Positions 25,506-36,374 of a stretch of DNA of 62,589 nucleotides are shown here, in pieces. Each line of letters opens with the position of its first letter. The stretch's first letter is position 1. Location of the stretch: NCBI GenBank assembly GCA_010015585.1, contig ML975154.1. One strand, given 5' to 3'. The notes beneath the pieces are model-generated. The model saw nothing but the letters and a program-made list of their open reading frames with translations. It ran no database searches and had not been told where the DNA came from. Source of the DNA: Eremomyces bilateralis CBS 781.70. Lineage: Eukaryota. The translations under genes were made by a program, and so were the position numbers.

Positions 25506-27378
25506 TCACGCAAACCCCGGAAACACCTTCCCCACCACCTTCCGCCACCCGGGCCTCCTCTCATCCTCCTCCTCCACAGTCCGCCCGTCTTCTCCCCCAG
25601 CACCCCGCCCTCCCCCCCGCTCCAACAGCGCCTCCGCCCGCCGTCCCAGCCACTCCGCCCGCCTTTGCGGCTGATCCGGTGGTGGCGCGTGCGCGAGCGA
25701 GCTGGCGCGAAGGTCCGCGAGGGGAGTGATCCGATCGGGGGACGGGTGTCCGGCGGCGGTGGTGGTGGGAGTGGAGTATGCGAGGGGTGGCGTGGCGATG
25801 GGCGGGGTCATAGAGGTGTTTCGCATTTCGACGGGCGAAGGGGTGGAGGTGTCTGGGGTAGGGCGCTGGAAGGGGTTGATGCGCCGGAGGGAGGAGGGGT
25901 AGTCGGTGCGAGGGGGTTCGCCGGCGGAGGAGTGCAGGCGGGCGTGCGCTTGGGATGGGGTGGGGCGATTGCGCAGGGCGTGGTAGGCGCGGATGAGAGG
26001 GTGGGCAGTCCCGTGGGCGGAATCGGGGCGCCAGTCGAGTTGATCGTTTTCGCGGCGGTTGGTGGCGATGCGCTCGCGGCGGACCATAGCGTTGGTGATG
26101 CGGGCTGGGCAGTAGCCATTGGGGAGTGCGGTCTTTTTGCACATGGGGCAGAGAGAGGAATTTTGGAGGAGGAAGGGGTCGATGCAGGAGGGGTGGTAGA
26201 TGTGGCGGCAGGGGAGTTCGCGGACGGTGGATTGGTTAGTGTAGTCGTCGAGGCAGATGGGGCAGGTGGGTTGGGGGAAGGAGGGGGCGTGCGCCGGCAT
26301 TTTGGGGTCGAATTCGGGGGTTAAGGGTCGGGAGGTGGTTTCGGTGGCGGTTTTTGAGGGGTCGTTCGGAGGTCCGTTGTTGGAAGGGTTGGGGGTTGGG
26401 TCGGAATCGACGGAATAGAGGTATAACGGGAAAGTGTCGATGATGGTTTTTGGCACGGTCATACGCCTGATACCAAGTGTCTCGATATCGACTTCGCCAT
26501 TGACGACACGCCTGCGTAATTCGTTTCTCCTTCGTCGTTGGATCCAGTGCATGGCGCACGACGTCGAACTGATGATAAACAGGAGAATCGCAAGGACGAT
26601 GAGCAGGAAGACCCATAGGTTCGGTAGCGAGTTCGTCTTTCCCATGTCGATCTGGGCCACCAGCCGAATGTAGTCGGATCCTGGATACATCCTGGAGAGG
26701 ATCTGACCATTTGGGACCGACGATATGTTCCCGTTATACAGGCCTAACTGGTCCATCACCATTTGGCCAGCCTGGCCGGGGATAGCGTAAATCGGAAATA
26801 GGTAATGCGACCTCCATTGCCCGCCATCCCCAATATACCAATCCATCATGTTCGGTGCTGGTGGCATTCCCGTTCCATTATTCGGAAGGTAGAACATGAA
26901 TGCGCCCCACCCATCCTTATTTGGGACAGCATCTAGAAAAGCAAGTGTGCAAGTAGAGGAAATCCAGGGCGCAAAAGCGATCGACTGGTAATTCGAGCCA
27001 GGACTGCGAGGTAGATCTCCGTTTCGGACAACATTCGCGGAAATATATCCGGTTGAGTTGCATCGGCCGTCCGCAACCTCAGGAACATAAAGCAGGCCCG
27101 TAATGTCAGTCCCGGGGTTCGATCCGGTCGTGGATAGCGTCCGAATGTTATTATAGCTCATGTGTTGGAAGGAAATATCACTCTACACGGCACGTCAGCG
27201 AGGAGAAAGCATCAACGGGTCAGATATCGTACGTCGAGAGTCGTGAACTCCTCGCGATTTCCTACTGGATGATTTGGATCGATAATATCGAGGGTGAGGA
27301 CAGCAAAGTTGACCGCAGCTGTCGAAGGCGGATTAGTCTATGAACTTCAATCTGGGACTCGATTGGGAACATACACAT
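25506..27378 (-). CDS. Single-pass membrane RING-H2 E3 ubiquitin ligase (PA-like luminal domain, TM, RING-H2)
   Basis: Exons 27378-27375 (ATGT), 27318-27233, 27182-25506 join in frame. TM segment LWVFLLIVLAILLFIISSTSCAM followed by RRRR; RING-H2 CPICLDDY...LPCRHIYHPSCIDPFLLQNSSLCPMC. Confidence 0.9.
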
Positions 27379-28022
27379 GATGGCGGCTCAATGGAGGATC
27401 CAGTCCTCTCGCGATACTTAATTACTAGACAAGACGTGACAGACCCAACAGCGAACCATCCATTTTTACACGAAGCAAGATGGCAGCAGCGAGAGATCGG
27501 CGCAATGGCAGAGAAAAGGACAGCAACCGAGCAGAGCGGTGAGATGGGAGGTGCTGCGGTTCAAACGCAAGGAGATTCAAAGGTGACGGAGATGATACGG
27601 CGATGTTGCGGAGAATCTGAGGAGTCGAGGGCTCATGGGGAAGGAGACGCTGATTGGCTGTAGGGAGGGAAGGCGACCAGGCGGCAAGGCGGAAAGGCGG
27701 AAGGCCCGCCAGGCTTATTCATGTTCGAAGCTAAATCGGGGGGCTAGCGCTTCCTTCAGTGCTGCGACTCTCCACGGAGCCAAGCTTGTGGGAAAGCTTA
27801 ACTAGTGCAGTAGTGCTAAAATGAACTGTACCAGGGCCACTTGCTCCGTTCCCGAGGCGATTGTGGATGAGGATTAATCACGACAAACCTGGGGTTACAA
27901 GGACATATATCGCGTGTCTAGACCAAATCCAGGAGGGTCACCGAATGTACAATAACAAAGAAATCAATTAATAATGAGTCGAAGCTTGGAACAATTGGAC
28001 ATGGAGCTGGGAGGCTGCATCG

Positions 28023-28101
28023 CACGTGACTCAGTTAGCTGAACGCCTGAACCTAAGCTGCCAAGACCGGCACGTGCATCGAAAGACCTCTAGTTCACGT
28101 G
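28023..28101. promoter_or_regulatory. Cluster of three CACGTG E-boxes with an overlapping TGACTCA site in the RING/ADA3 divergent promoter
   Basis: CACGTG at 28023-28028 (CACGTGAC), 28071-28076 and 28096-28101 (TCACGTGA); TGACTCA at 28027-28033. Confidence 0.55.
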
Positions 28102-28272
28102 ATATCGAATTCATCGCGATGGAACATCAATTCATCATTTCCACCTTCTCCAGATTCACCCATCCATACCACACAACCCGCCCATGTTACAATTTCTACG
28201 ATCCTGACCGCTAGTCTCGGCGAGCTAACCGTCAGCCCTCTTTTCCCTCGATCTTTTCTCCCCATCCTCGCC

Positions 28273-30444
28273 ATGGCGCCCACCAGCAGTAAGACCCGGG
28301 GTAAACCCCACCCCCGGAGCAGTGCCAGTCGCAACACCACTCCCGCCAGCGCCAGCGCTGTTTCCGTCTCCATCGACCTCCCGCCTTCCTCCTCCTATTT
28401 CCAAACAAACCTCGCCCCTTCCTCCGCCCCGGCAACAGTCGAAGACATCCTCGACGATGGCGGCGCGGGCCAAGCCCCTCCCTCCGCCGCCGCCATCCAT
28501 AGCATGCAGGACGAAGTCAAGTCGAAGGTGGTCTCAATTCTGAATGCGCGCGGAGAGACGTGTGAGCGGCTGATACGGGAGCTGTCGAAAAAGCGGAAGG
28601 AGCGCATTGAACGGAATCGAGAGAAGGAACGATTGGAGAGAGAGGCGGAGGAAAGGAAGAGGAAGCAGAAGCAGACAAAGAAGAGGGAGAAAGATGATGA
28701 GAGGCCACCTGCTGTGGGAGCCCATGGGGTCACTCGGCAGGATGGTGCCGAAATGAAGGGTAAGTCCATATGGTTTCAAACGTTGTCTACATTTCTATTG
28801 TTCTTCGGCCGTGTAAATTACCATGTGTTGTCTGTCAGTGTATTGCTGCCGCAAGAATCTCTATCCGTTCCTATTTTGTTCAAAGTCATGGATACTCGCA
28901 CGAAACGAAGGCGGTCTCTTCAAGAGGTCGCGCGACTGGTGGTCGACGAATGGATGCGCAAAGTTACCAGAATCAGAATCAAGTCTAACTCTTCGCCCAT
29001 TAAAGCAATGGACACATCGTCCTCAATATCATCTCCAGCTTCTGCAGCTCCCCCTTCCGTTGCCGCCACCGCCCCCCGAGCCGAATCTATCGCATCAGTA
29101 ATCTCTTCGGAAGACTCCCATCAGCCGTCTCCTGCTCCCGCCGTCCGCCAGTACCAGACATTTGGACCCGACCCCTCGACTTTTCCGGACCCCACGGTCT
29201 ACCATATAAGAGATGTCAGCCCTGGCATGACCGAAGAAGAACAGAAGGAGATTTACTGCGTTGCCTCATATCCCCATGACGACCTGCATGACCTCACCCC
29301 TGGGACACCGCCCGATCGAGATTTCAGCAATGCCAAGCCGGCCACTCAGGTCAGCGCAATAGCGTTCGCCAACTACGTGGAACCCTACATCAGACCCTTG
29401 ACAGAGGAGGATCTTGTATTTCTCAGAGAGAAGCAAGATCGGGTGACACCCTTCGTCATGCCTCCACGAGGACCGCGGCACTTTCGAGATATCTGGGCAG
29501 ACGAAGACGGCGCCATGGACGTGGACAGCGATGACGAGAAGCTCCCTCAAAACGAAGCCCGTGGAAGCGTCAACAACATAAACGACGAGGTCGCCCAAAC
29601 AGACCAAGTCTCCGCTGGCCCGGTCCTCGCTCGCCTCCTCCAATCCATGCGCGCCGAAGGCCGTCCCTCTGAAACCGACAAAGAAACCAACGGCGATACC
29701 AACATCGACGACATCGACTTCGACATCAGCGCCCAACTTGCCGCCGCCGATTCCGGCGAATCCCTCACCAATGGCGCAGCTAACGGCACCTCCTCAACCC
29801 CCGCCAACCCCACCCTCCCCTCCTCCACCGCCTTCGCCGAAATATCCACTAACCCCTCCCTCAAATCCCTCCCCCCCACCAAGCAAACCTACACCCAACT
29901 CGACGACCGCGCCCTCCAAGAACTCCGCCACATCGGCTTCATCGGCCCCGACGACACCCCCTCCTACGACTCCCACTTCGACGACGAAGTCGCCGCGCGC
30001 CTCCGCCTCCTCCAGTCCGAGCTCAAAACCCAAATCATCATGAACGCCGCCCGCAAGGCCCGCCTATACGAGCTCGCCGAGGAATCCATGGCCATGCAAG
30101 AGTTCGGCAGCATCTCCGACGACCTCGACGGCCAGCTCAACCAGGCGTACCTCAAGCGCAACCGCACCATGGGCAAGGGGAAGAAGAACGTCAAGCGGCC
30201 GGTCGGCGCGCAGGGGGCAGCGGCGGCAGCCGCAGCCGCAGGGGTGACGCGGCCAACAGTAGGGGAGCCGATTCGCGCGCTGATGGAACGGAGGGCGAAG
30301 TGGAATAGCATCATTGGGCCGGTGGTGAATTTTGGGAGGACGGGGGTGCCGAGGGAGAGTGTGTTTGATGAGGAGACAATTCGGCGGTTGGTAGAGAGGG
30401 AGAAGGAGACGTGGGGGGAGGGAGGGGAGGAGGGGGAGGCGTGA
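28273..30444 (+). CDS. ADA3: SAGA/ADA histone acetyltransferase subunit Ada3/Ngg1
   Basis: ATG 28273; probable intron 28760-29005. Motifs IYCVASYPHDDLHDLTPGTPPDRDFSNAKP, FANYVEPYIRPLTEEDL, LDDRALQELRHIG, DDEVAARLRLLQSELK, LDGQLNQAYLKR. Confidence 0.92.
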   Translation: MAPTSSKTRGKPHPRSSASRNTTPASASAVSVSIDLPPSSSYFQTNLAPSSAPATVEDILDDGGAGQAPPSAAAIHSMQDEVKSKVVSILNARGETCERLIRELSKKRKERIERNREKERLEREAEERKRKQKQTKKREKDDERPPAVGAHGVTRQDGAEMKGKSIWFQTLSTFLLFFGRVNYHVLSVSVLLPQESLSVPILFKVMDTRTKRRRSLQEVARLVVDEWMRKVTRIRIKSNSSPIKAMDTSSSISSPASAAPPSVAATAPRAESIASVISSEDSHQPSPAPAVRQYQTFGPDPSTFPDPTVYHIRDVSPGMTEEEQKEIYCVASYPHDDLHDLTPGTPPDRDFSNAKPATQVSAIAFANYVEPYIRPLTEEDLVFLREKQDRVTPFVMPPRGPRHFRDIWADEDGAMDVDSDDEKLPQNEARGSVNNINDEVAQTDQVSAGPVLARLLQSMRAEGRPSETDKETNGDTNIDDIDFDISAQLAAADSGESLTNGAANGTSSTPANPTLPSSTAFAEISTNPSLKSLPPTKQTYTQLDDRALQELRHIGFIGPDDTPSYDSHFDDEVAARLRLLQSELKTQIIMNAARKARLYELAEESMAMQEFGSISDDLDGQLNQAYLKRNRTMGKGKKNVKRPVGAQGAAAAAAAAGVTRPTVGEPIRALMERRAKWNSIIGPVVNFGRTGVPRESVFDEETIRRLVEREKETWGEGGEEGEA

Positions 30445-31364
30445 GTGGTAGGGTTTATTTGCTGAGTTCATGTTCATATTGTCTGGGTACTGATATGACA
30501 TGGATGTATTTGATGGGGACTGGTTGTGGAGTTTCTCTGGGCTATTTGGGTTGGGTGCGGGACGGAAATGTTAGACACGATGAGTCCGCTGGGATATTAG
30601 CATTGCGAGGTGTTCGGTGGTTGGGTTTGATACCTACATCTAGGAGGTTGTTTCTCTCAATGGAAGACTGATTTGTCCAATTTGAGCTTAATGTTCATCT
30701 ACAGCATTGTCTACCTAAGGGAGTCCGGCATCCAGATCAAGGTAGAGATTTTAGAAATGGAGCCAGCGCTTCCCAATGTTGGCTGAATCCACTCATGAAA
30801 CCCAAACGAGGTGTTTTATCCCGCTGAAAGGGCTGCCAAACCGCCTATGTCGTATAACGCGAAGCATATCCACCGCCAGATGATGTGAATCCGAAAGGGG
30901 CCTCAAAAGATCTATACTATATACTGAGTTACTTTAAAATCTGCCAGCGGAAGACAGTCCAGGTCGTTGGTACTGCTGTAAAACTGCCCTGGTTCCTGTT
31001 CGTCAAATTGGAGAAGGTTTATATAGTAGAGAGAACAAAGCCATCCAGGTAATAGGTCCACCCTCCAAGTTTTGGCAGGTCGGCAGCTCAATTTCTGCTT
31101 AGGTTGGCTTTTTTTTTCTTTTGCTTTGGACTTCTTGCGTTCCTCTGGACGTTCTTCATTTTATATCACCGGGTGTAATTCATACTCGCATGCAACGAGG
31201 GCGGATTGGACGGTAGTGAGTGAGTTCCATGATGATGATGCACGAGATAACAGTTAGATTCAGGGGTAGAATATCCAGTGTTGAACAATAATGCGCTGAT
31301 TTAATATCCGTCCTCGTCCATGGGTGAGAAAAATGTCACGTAATCCAGAGGTCCTGGCTCGCCA

Positions 31365-32035
31365 GTTAAGTCCCTCCATACGTGTCGTCCGCCTTCTCCT
31401 ACAACCAATATCTTATCTTCTTCTCTTCCGCTCGCTCCGTTTCCTGCGAACTATCCAACCTTTCTGGTTCTAGCTGTCTCGTCGAACTCTCTTATACCAA
31501 ACGATAGCATTCCCACATTTCTCTTGTTCGTCAATACGAGGAGGTTGGACATATCCACCCCCCTTTCACCATGCTTCGACGAAGCTGCGTGGTCAAAAGC
31601 CATGCTAGGGTTGACCGTTGGAGTGATTGTCTGTATGAAATCGGCCGTTTTATATTCTTCATCCGATGGGTCTGAAGTGTCAGAATCCACCCAGACATAC
31701 GGGATTTCGAACGCCCGCACACGATGAATCCCGTCTCTTTCCATCCATCGAACAATCCCGTGGTAGTCGGAATATACCACCCTCGTTCCATGTATCGCGA
31801 CACTCAATAACACGGTAAGCGGCGCAATCCCTCCATTAATTAGCCCATCATCATCGAGCCCTTCTAACCTAGATTCCGTTGCTGGCGTGGCCACCGCCGC
31901 TGGGCTCATGGATGATTGAGAACGGTTCGACCGTACCGTGTATCTGGTCCAGGGTGTCCGGTGTCGAGATCGCTGCTGGTATGCTGTGTTGTCCAATCGC
32001 CATCCATAGAGAGAGGGTACCGTAGACGTCTGCCA
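31365..32035 (-). pseudogene. 5'-truncated, frameshifted C-terminal fragment of a Pezizomycotina F-box-type protein
   Basis: LLSVAIHGTRVVYSDYHGIVRWMERDG resembles the conserved C-terminus of a fungal F-box protein family (from memory). No room or start for the N-terminal half. Near 31470 the expected acidic/basic tail (ERAEEKKIRYWL*EKADD) continues in another frame and contains a TAG. Confidence 0.5.
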
Positions 32036-32889
32036 AGATAAACTAATTATCCCTTTTAGGAATATACCCTTAGTTATCAATTATTCCCAATTCCCAATTC
32101 TACGGAGTCGTCCGTTTCCCACGCTCCCCAGCCTGTCCAAGTATCACCTATAGGTCCTGCATGTATCTCACCGCCGGTGCGTACCAAGCGGAAGCGTTCT
32201 CAAGAAGTCTCTGAAGCTGAAGCCGAGGAGCCAAAGGACGAGCACGATGCGAAGCAGCCCCAAAGCCTTCTGCCCCAATTTGAGCTCCCGGAGAAGAACC
32301 TGCAAATATTCAATGGGGAAGAGATGGATTCTATAGATAATGCTCCGACCCTGAAACGGTCTTCGTCACAGCGTTCCATAGCCGTGTCATCAGAAACGGG
32401 CACGCGCTCTTCTGACTTGACCGCCTACTACATTGTATCCTAGAAACCGTCTTACCAAGGCCAGTAGACGCATCCTGACAAGACACATCACAAGCTGAGT
32501 ACTCCCATCATTATAATCACGAGCTGCTATGGCGAGATTATGAAAGCATAGCTACCGCGCTGCGAAAGAAAGGAGCTGGCAAGACCCAAGTCACGCTACA
32601 GGATCTGCCTAAGCACAGGCACCAGAATCTCAGCAAGGAACGAAACGCAAAGGTGCCATTATACGTAAGATCTCAATAGCCATGCGTCTGACGAAAGTTC
32701 GTGATCATTATCCAACTGCTCGTTCTATATTCCCAGACCCACCGATATTGCGGTTCAATCAAACTCCAATCCAATGATTAAAGGTACCACGATCGTCGCT
32801 TTAGAATTCCTCCTTAGAAACAGCCTCGAGATAAGCGAAGGATAGCAGATACCAGGCCATACACGATACCAGCAGTCCGTACCCGACAC

Positions 32890-35776
32890 TCACACATCCC
32901 TCACCGTCATCGGCGAACCATTCCCCCCGCTCCCACCCCCACTCCCCGTCCGCCCACCCTGCCCCAACTGTGGCGCTCCGCCCCGCAAGTTCAAATTCCC
33001 CACCATACTCACCAAGTTACTCCCCACCGCATCCACTGCGCCCCTCGGCGCCAGTAACGACGGCGTCTGCGCGGCCGTCTCCTGCACGCGGAAAAGTCGG
33101 ATGCCGGTGCCGTTCCAGACGCCGGCGGGCCCCTTCGAGACGGTGAGCTCGGAGGTGAAGACGAAGCCCCAGAGGAGGGACTGATACCAGCCAAGGGAGA
33201 GGGAGGACCATTCGAAGGAGTGGACGCGGGGGGGGGAGGGGTCGATGCCGTGGATTTCGGCGCGGCGGATGGCGATAAGGGTGGTGGGGATGTCACGGGA
33301 GGGGTCGGAGGGGAGGTGGGGGGAGAGTTGGGAGATAAGGGTGAGGATGGTGTGGAGGGGTAGTTGGGGGAGCCATTGTTCGATCTGGAAATTTGGATGG
33401 GTTAGCTGGGTTGCCTCGGTGTGGATTGGTTGTCGGCTGAGCGCTTCAGTACTTACCCATTCGACCGTTGGCTGAAACGTTCCAGAACCGGAGAAGGAAC
33501 CTGTATTCACCGCGCTTAGAAGACTGGTCGTGCTGCTCTGCCGCGAAAAAGCAGGTTGTCCAGCCGGACGCTTGCCGCGAGCTTTCTCGGACATCCCGCG
33601 CAGCTGCAGTGGAAAGGTTGTGTCGGCGGGCGAGCTGACCGAGCCGGCACGAGAGCTGGTGGCGGACTGGATATTGGAAGGATTGACGAGTGTCGGAGAA
33701 TAACTTCCCTCTTCATCCTCGTCATCGCCGATCGCGAACGCGGAGTGCGCTTCGGCCGGGTCGCTGGTGGTGGGGCTAGTAGGAATGGCCGAGTTGGGGG
33801 CGCTATCGACGGGACTTCGTGGATCTTGTGCGGAGGCGGCCCGTTCTTTCTTCAACCTATTCTGCTTCTCGATCTCCTCTCTTCCGCTCTCGAGAGTGAA
33901 AGCTCGCAAGGCTTCAAATTTGCGTTTCGAGCGGTAGACGGCGTAAACGAAGTTGGGATTTGCTGTCCACAATCGTTAGCGAAGATCTCTCGGATGGAAA
34001 TCTGATATACCTTCGTATTTGTGTTCGATGATGGCGTTCATCGCCTCTAGTAGAGAATGAAGCAGAACATGATTCGTTTCATTTGCAAGTAGGAAGCTGG
34101 GTGCAGACATGGATGCATACAGCTGCAACAACTTGGAGGATGGCGCTCGCCCTAGGTTTTCTAGATATGGCGCAATATTGTTGATGACCGCGAGTAACGG
34201 GGAATATAGCGTGTCTAGTTTTCCCTTGCTCGTCGTGATGAGAGCATGGACCATCTAAACCAGTGAGCGACGTCAGATATTGTTTGATCAGCTACAATAC
34301 TTACTGTAATGAGGTAATCCGCATAAGAACCGTGAAAGTTAGGAATCCGAATCGTTTGAGGAAGTGTATCTTGCCCCTCGAAAACCTTATTCAATCCCTT
34401 CCCGAAATTTGGTTCGGTGCTCAGGGTTTGCAGGATGAAGACGCACATCTTCAAGACTCCTTGAGCGGAGGGGTCGTTCCGGTTATTCATGATGTAAAAG
34501 AGCATCAAGATCACGAAGTCATGAGCGCGATCGGTATCGATGAGGAAGGACCGGAAGCGTTTGTTGCACTGTAGTGTTTCCCAGAACAACATGACCATCT
34601 CCGGCGCCCACGTTATCGATTTCTGACTTCCGGGCAAATAGGATGAAGTTGCCTGTAGCGGCTGGTTCAATATCCTCATCATCCCATCGACCAGGAATTG
34701 GAAGTCCTGGGGTCGATGGAGGCGACCGAGAAAGTGACGGTAGAAGTTCTTCGGCGGCGGGCCATTGCCTGTCTCTGGGACTGGGTATACAGCGAGAACC
34801 AGAAGTAGCTGGAGACAATAGGCAACGAGAAGTTGCTTACTGTCCTTGAATACAACATGATCGTATGGCACGCGCCATGTGGCCGGGTTGTATTTCAACG
34901 TCGTGTTCAGCATAGAACAGAGCACCGAAAGCACGATCTGCTTGTCCGGGCATGTTGTGATGTAGCTGATGGCCTTGACCCCTTGCTGGGACAGCACGGT
35001 CGAATTCATGTACATTGACTTGCCTGTCAGGACGAGCAGGAGACGCATGATCTCGGTACGATTGCTTTCGAATTCCTTCGTCGAGATGACCGGGGTGTTG
35101 CAGCCCACTCCGCTTTGCCAGATGGCGTACGAAACCCGTTGTTTCCCCGGCGGAGACTTGCCGATCGTGAATTCGGAGTAGAACAGCAGGTCGATGAGCG
35201 TGTCAATCAGCTCTTCCGCAAGCGGTTTTGCATCTTCAAACTCAGGTTCTGGCTCGGGTGGCTCGTCCGCGGAGGCATCGGTCCCGTCGAACAGTACCTC
35301 AGACCGTGATGATAGCTGGCTTTTCCGCGTGCGCTTCCTTCGCGCCCCCCAAAAGAACTTCGCCTCCCAATCGTCAAGATGGGGTGCCTCGTAAATATAT
35401 GGGAGGATCCGCGTCAGGACCCGGATGCAATTCAGCGCATCGCGCTCCGGTGCCAGGTCGTCGTTCGGAAAAGACGGGTGATTGCGTAACACGACGAGTC
35501 TGGAGGTTACGGCGAGGAGGAGGGTTTCCAGGTTCTCCAGGAACGTGTCTCTTGTCCTCCGGACATCGATGGGAGAAAATAAGGAGAACACATCCTCAGC
35601 AGACTCGGGGAGCTCCCAAAACTATGGATCGACGGTCAGCATCCCGTAACGGTTCAAAGAGCGGACGAGAAGATACATACTCCACGCCAGTAGGGATCGT
35701 CAGCGGGGATATTCCGTTGCTCGGAAAGCTTGAATATGCCTTGCTTGAATGTCAACTTGGAGTCGGAAGCACCCAT
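32890..35776 (-). CDS. HID1: HID1/Ecm30-family Golgi protein
   Basis: Exons 35776-35681, 35621-34305, 34254-34011, 33962-33457, 33384-32890. Starts MGASDSKLTFKQGIFKL (myristoylation-like MG); motifs ALNCIRVLTRILPYIYE, IWQSGVG, FLGRLHRPQDF, LGWYQSLLWG, GVWNGTGIRLF. Confidence 0.9.
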
Positions 35777-36374
35777 CGTGACATTGCTTGGAGTGCAGTT
35801 GCGGAATGGATCTTATAGAGCCGTCAATGTCATGGTTCAATTGGCGGCTTTGCTTCCGATACGACAAGGAGTTGGAGGGTAACGGTGCAAATAAGTATCC
35901 TTATGATAGGTAGAAGAGGGAAGATATTGTCCCGCGCACTTGGATCATGGAGTCCTAGATGCTTTTATTGGAATGACGTTGGTGGTGTTGCTGATATAGA
36001 GTATGGAGTGTTAATAGCAGACAACGATGTGCGGCCAGATTGCGGTGACATATTGCGCCCCACAGTTTGTATACGACAGAGGAGACATGGGGCGGCATTT
36101 AATATGATCTATCGACTATGATCTAGGCTTTACTTACGTAGGACAAAGGTCTCAACATCAGAGTCACTTCTGGCTGTCAACCTCTACAATATCGCACCGT
36201 TCCGTCCAGAGTATCCTTTTGACTGGAGGACGGCAGTACTAATCCTTTCTTCTATTAATTACCTCTGAACCCGTTACGTTTAACGAAGATCGAGGCTAAA
36301 GAGACTCCCGCCTGCCGCATTCCGTCCTCTGTCTCCAAGCGGGCTTCCGACGATCTTCAACCGCGTCTTCGAAA

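Noticed and set aside
28099..28272. GTG-initiated N-terminal extension of ADA3 in the ORF track
   Set aside because: Pyrimidine-rich 5' UTR-like sequence; GCCATGG at 28273 is a strong AUG context.
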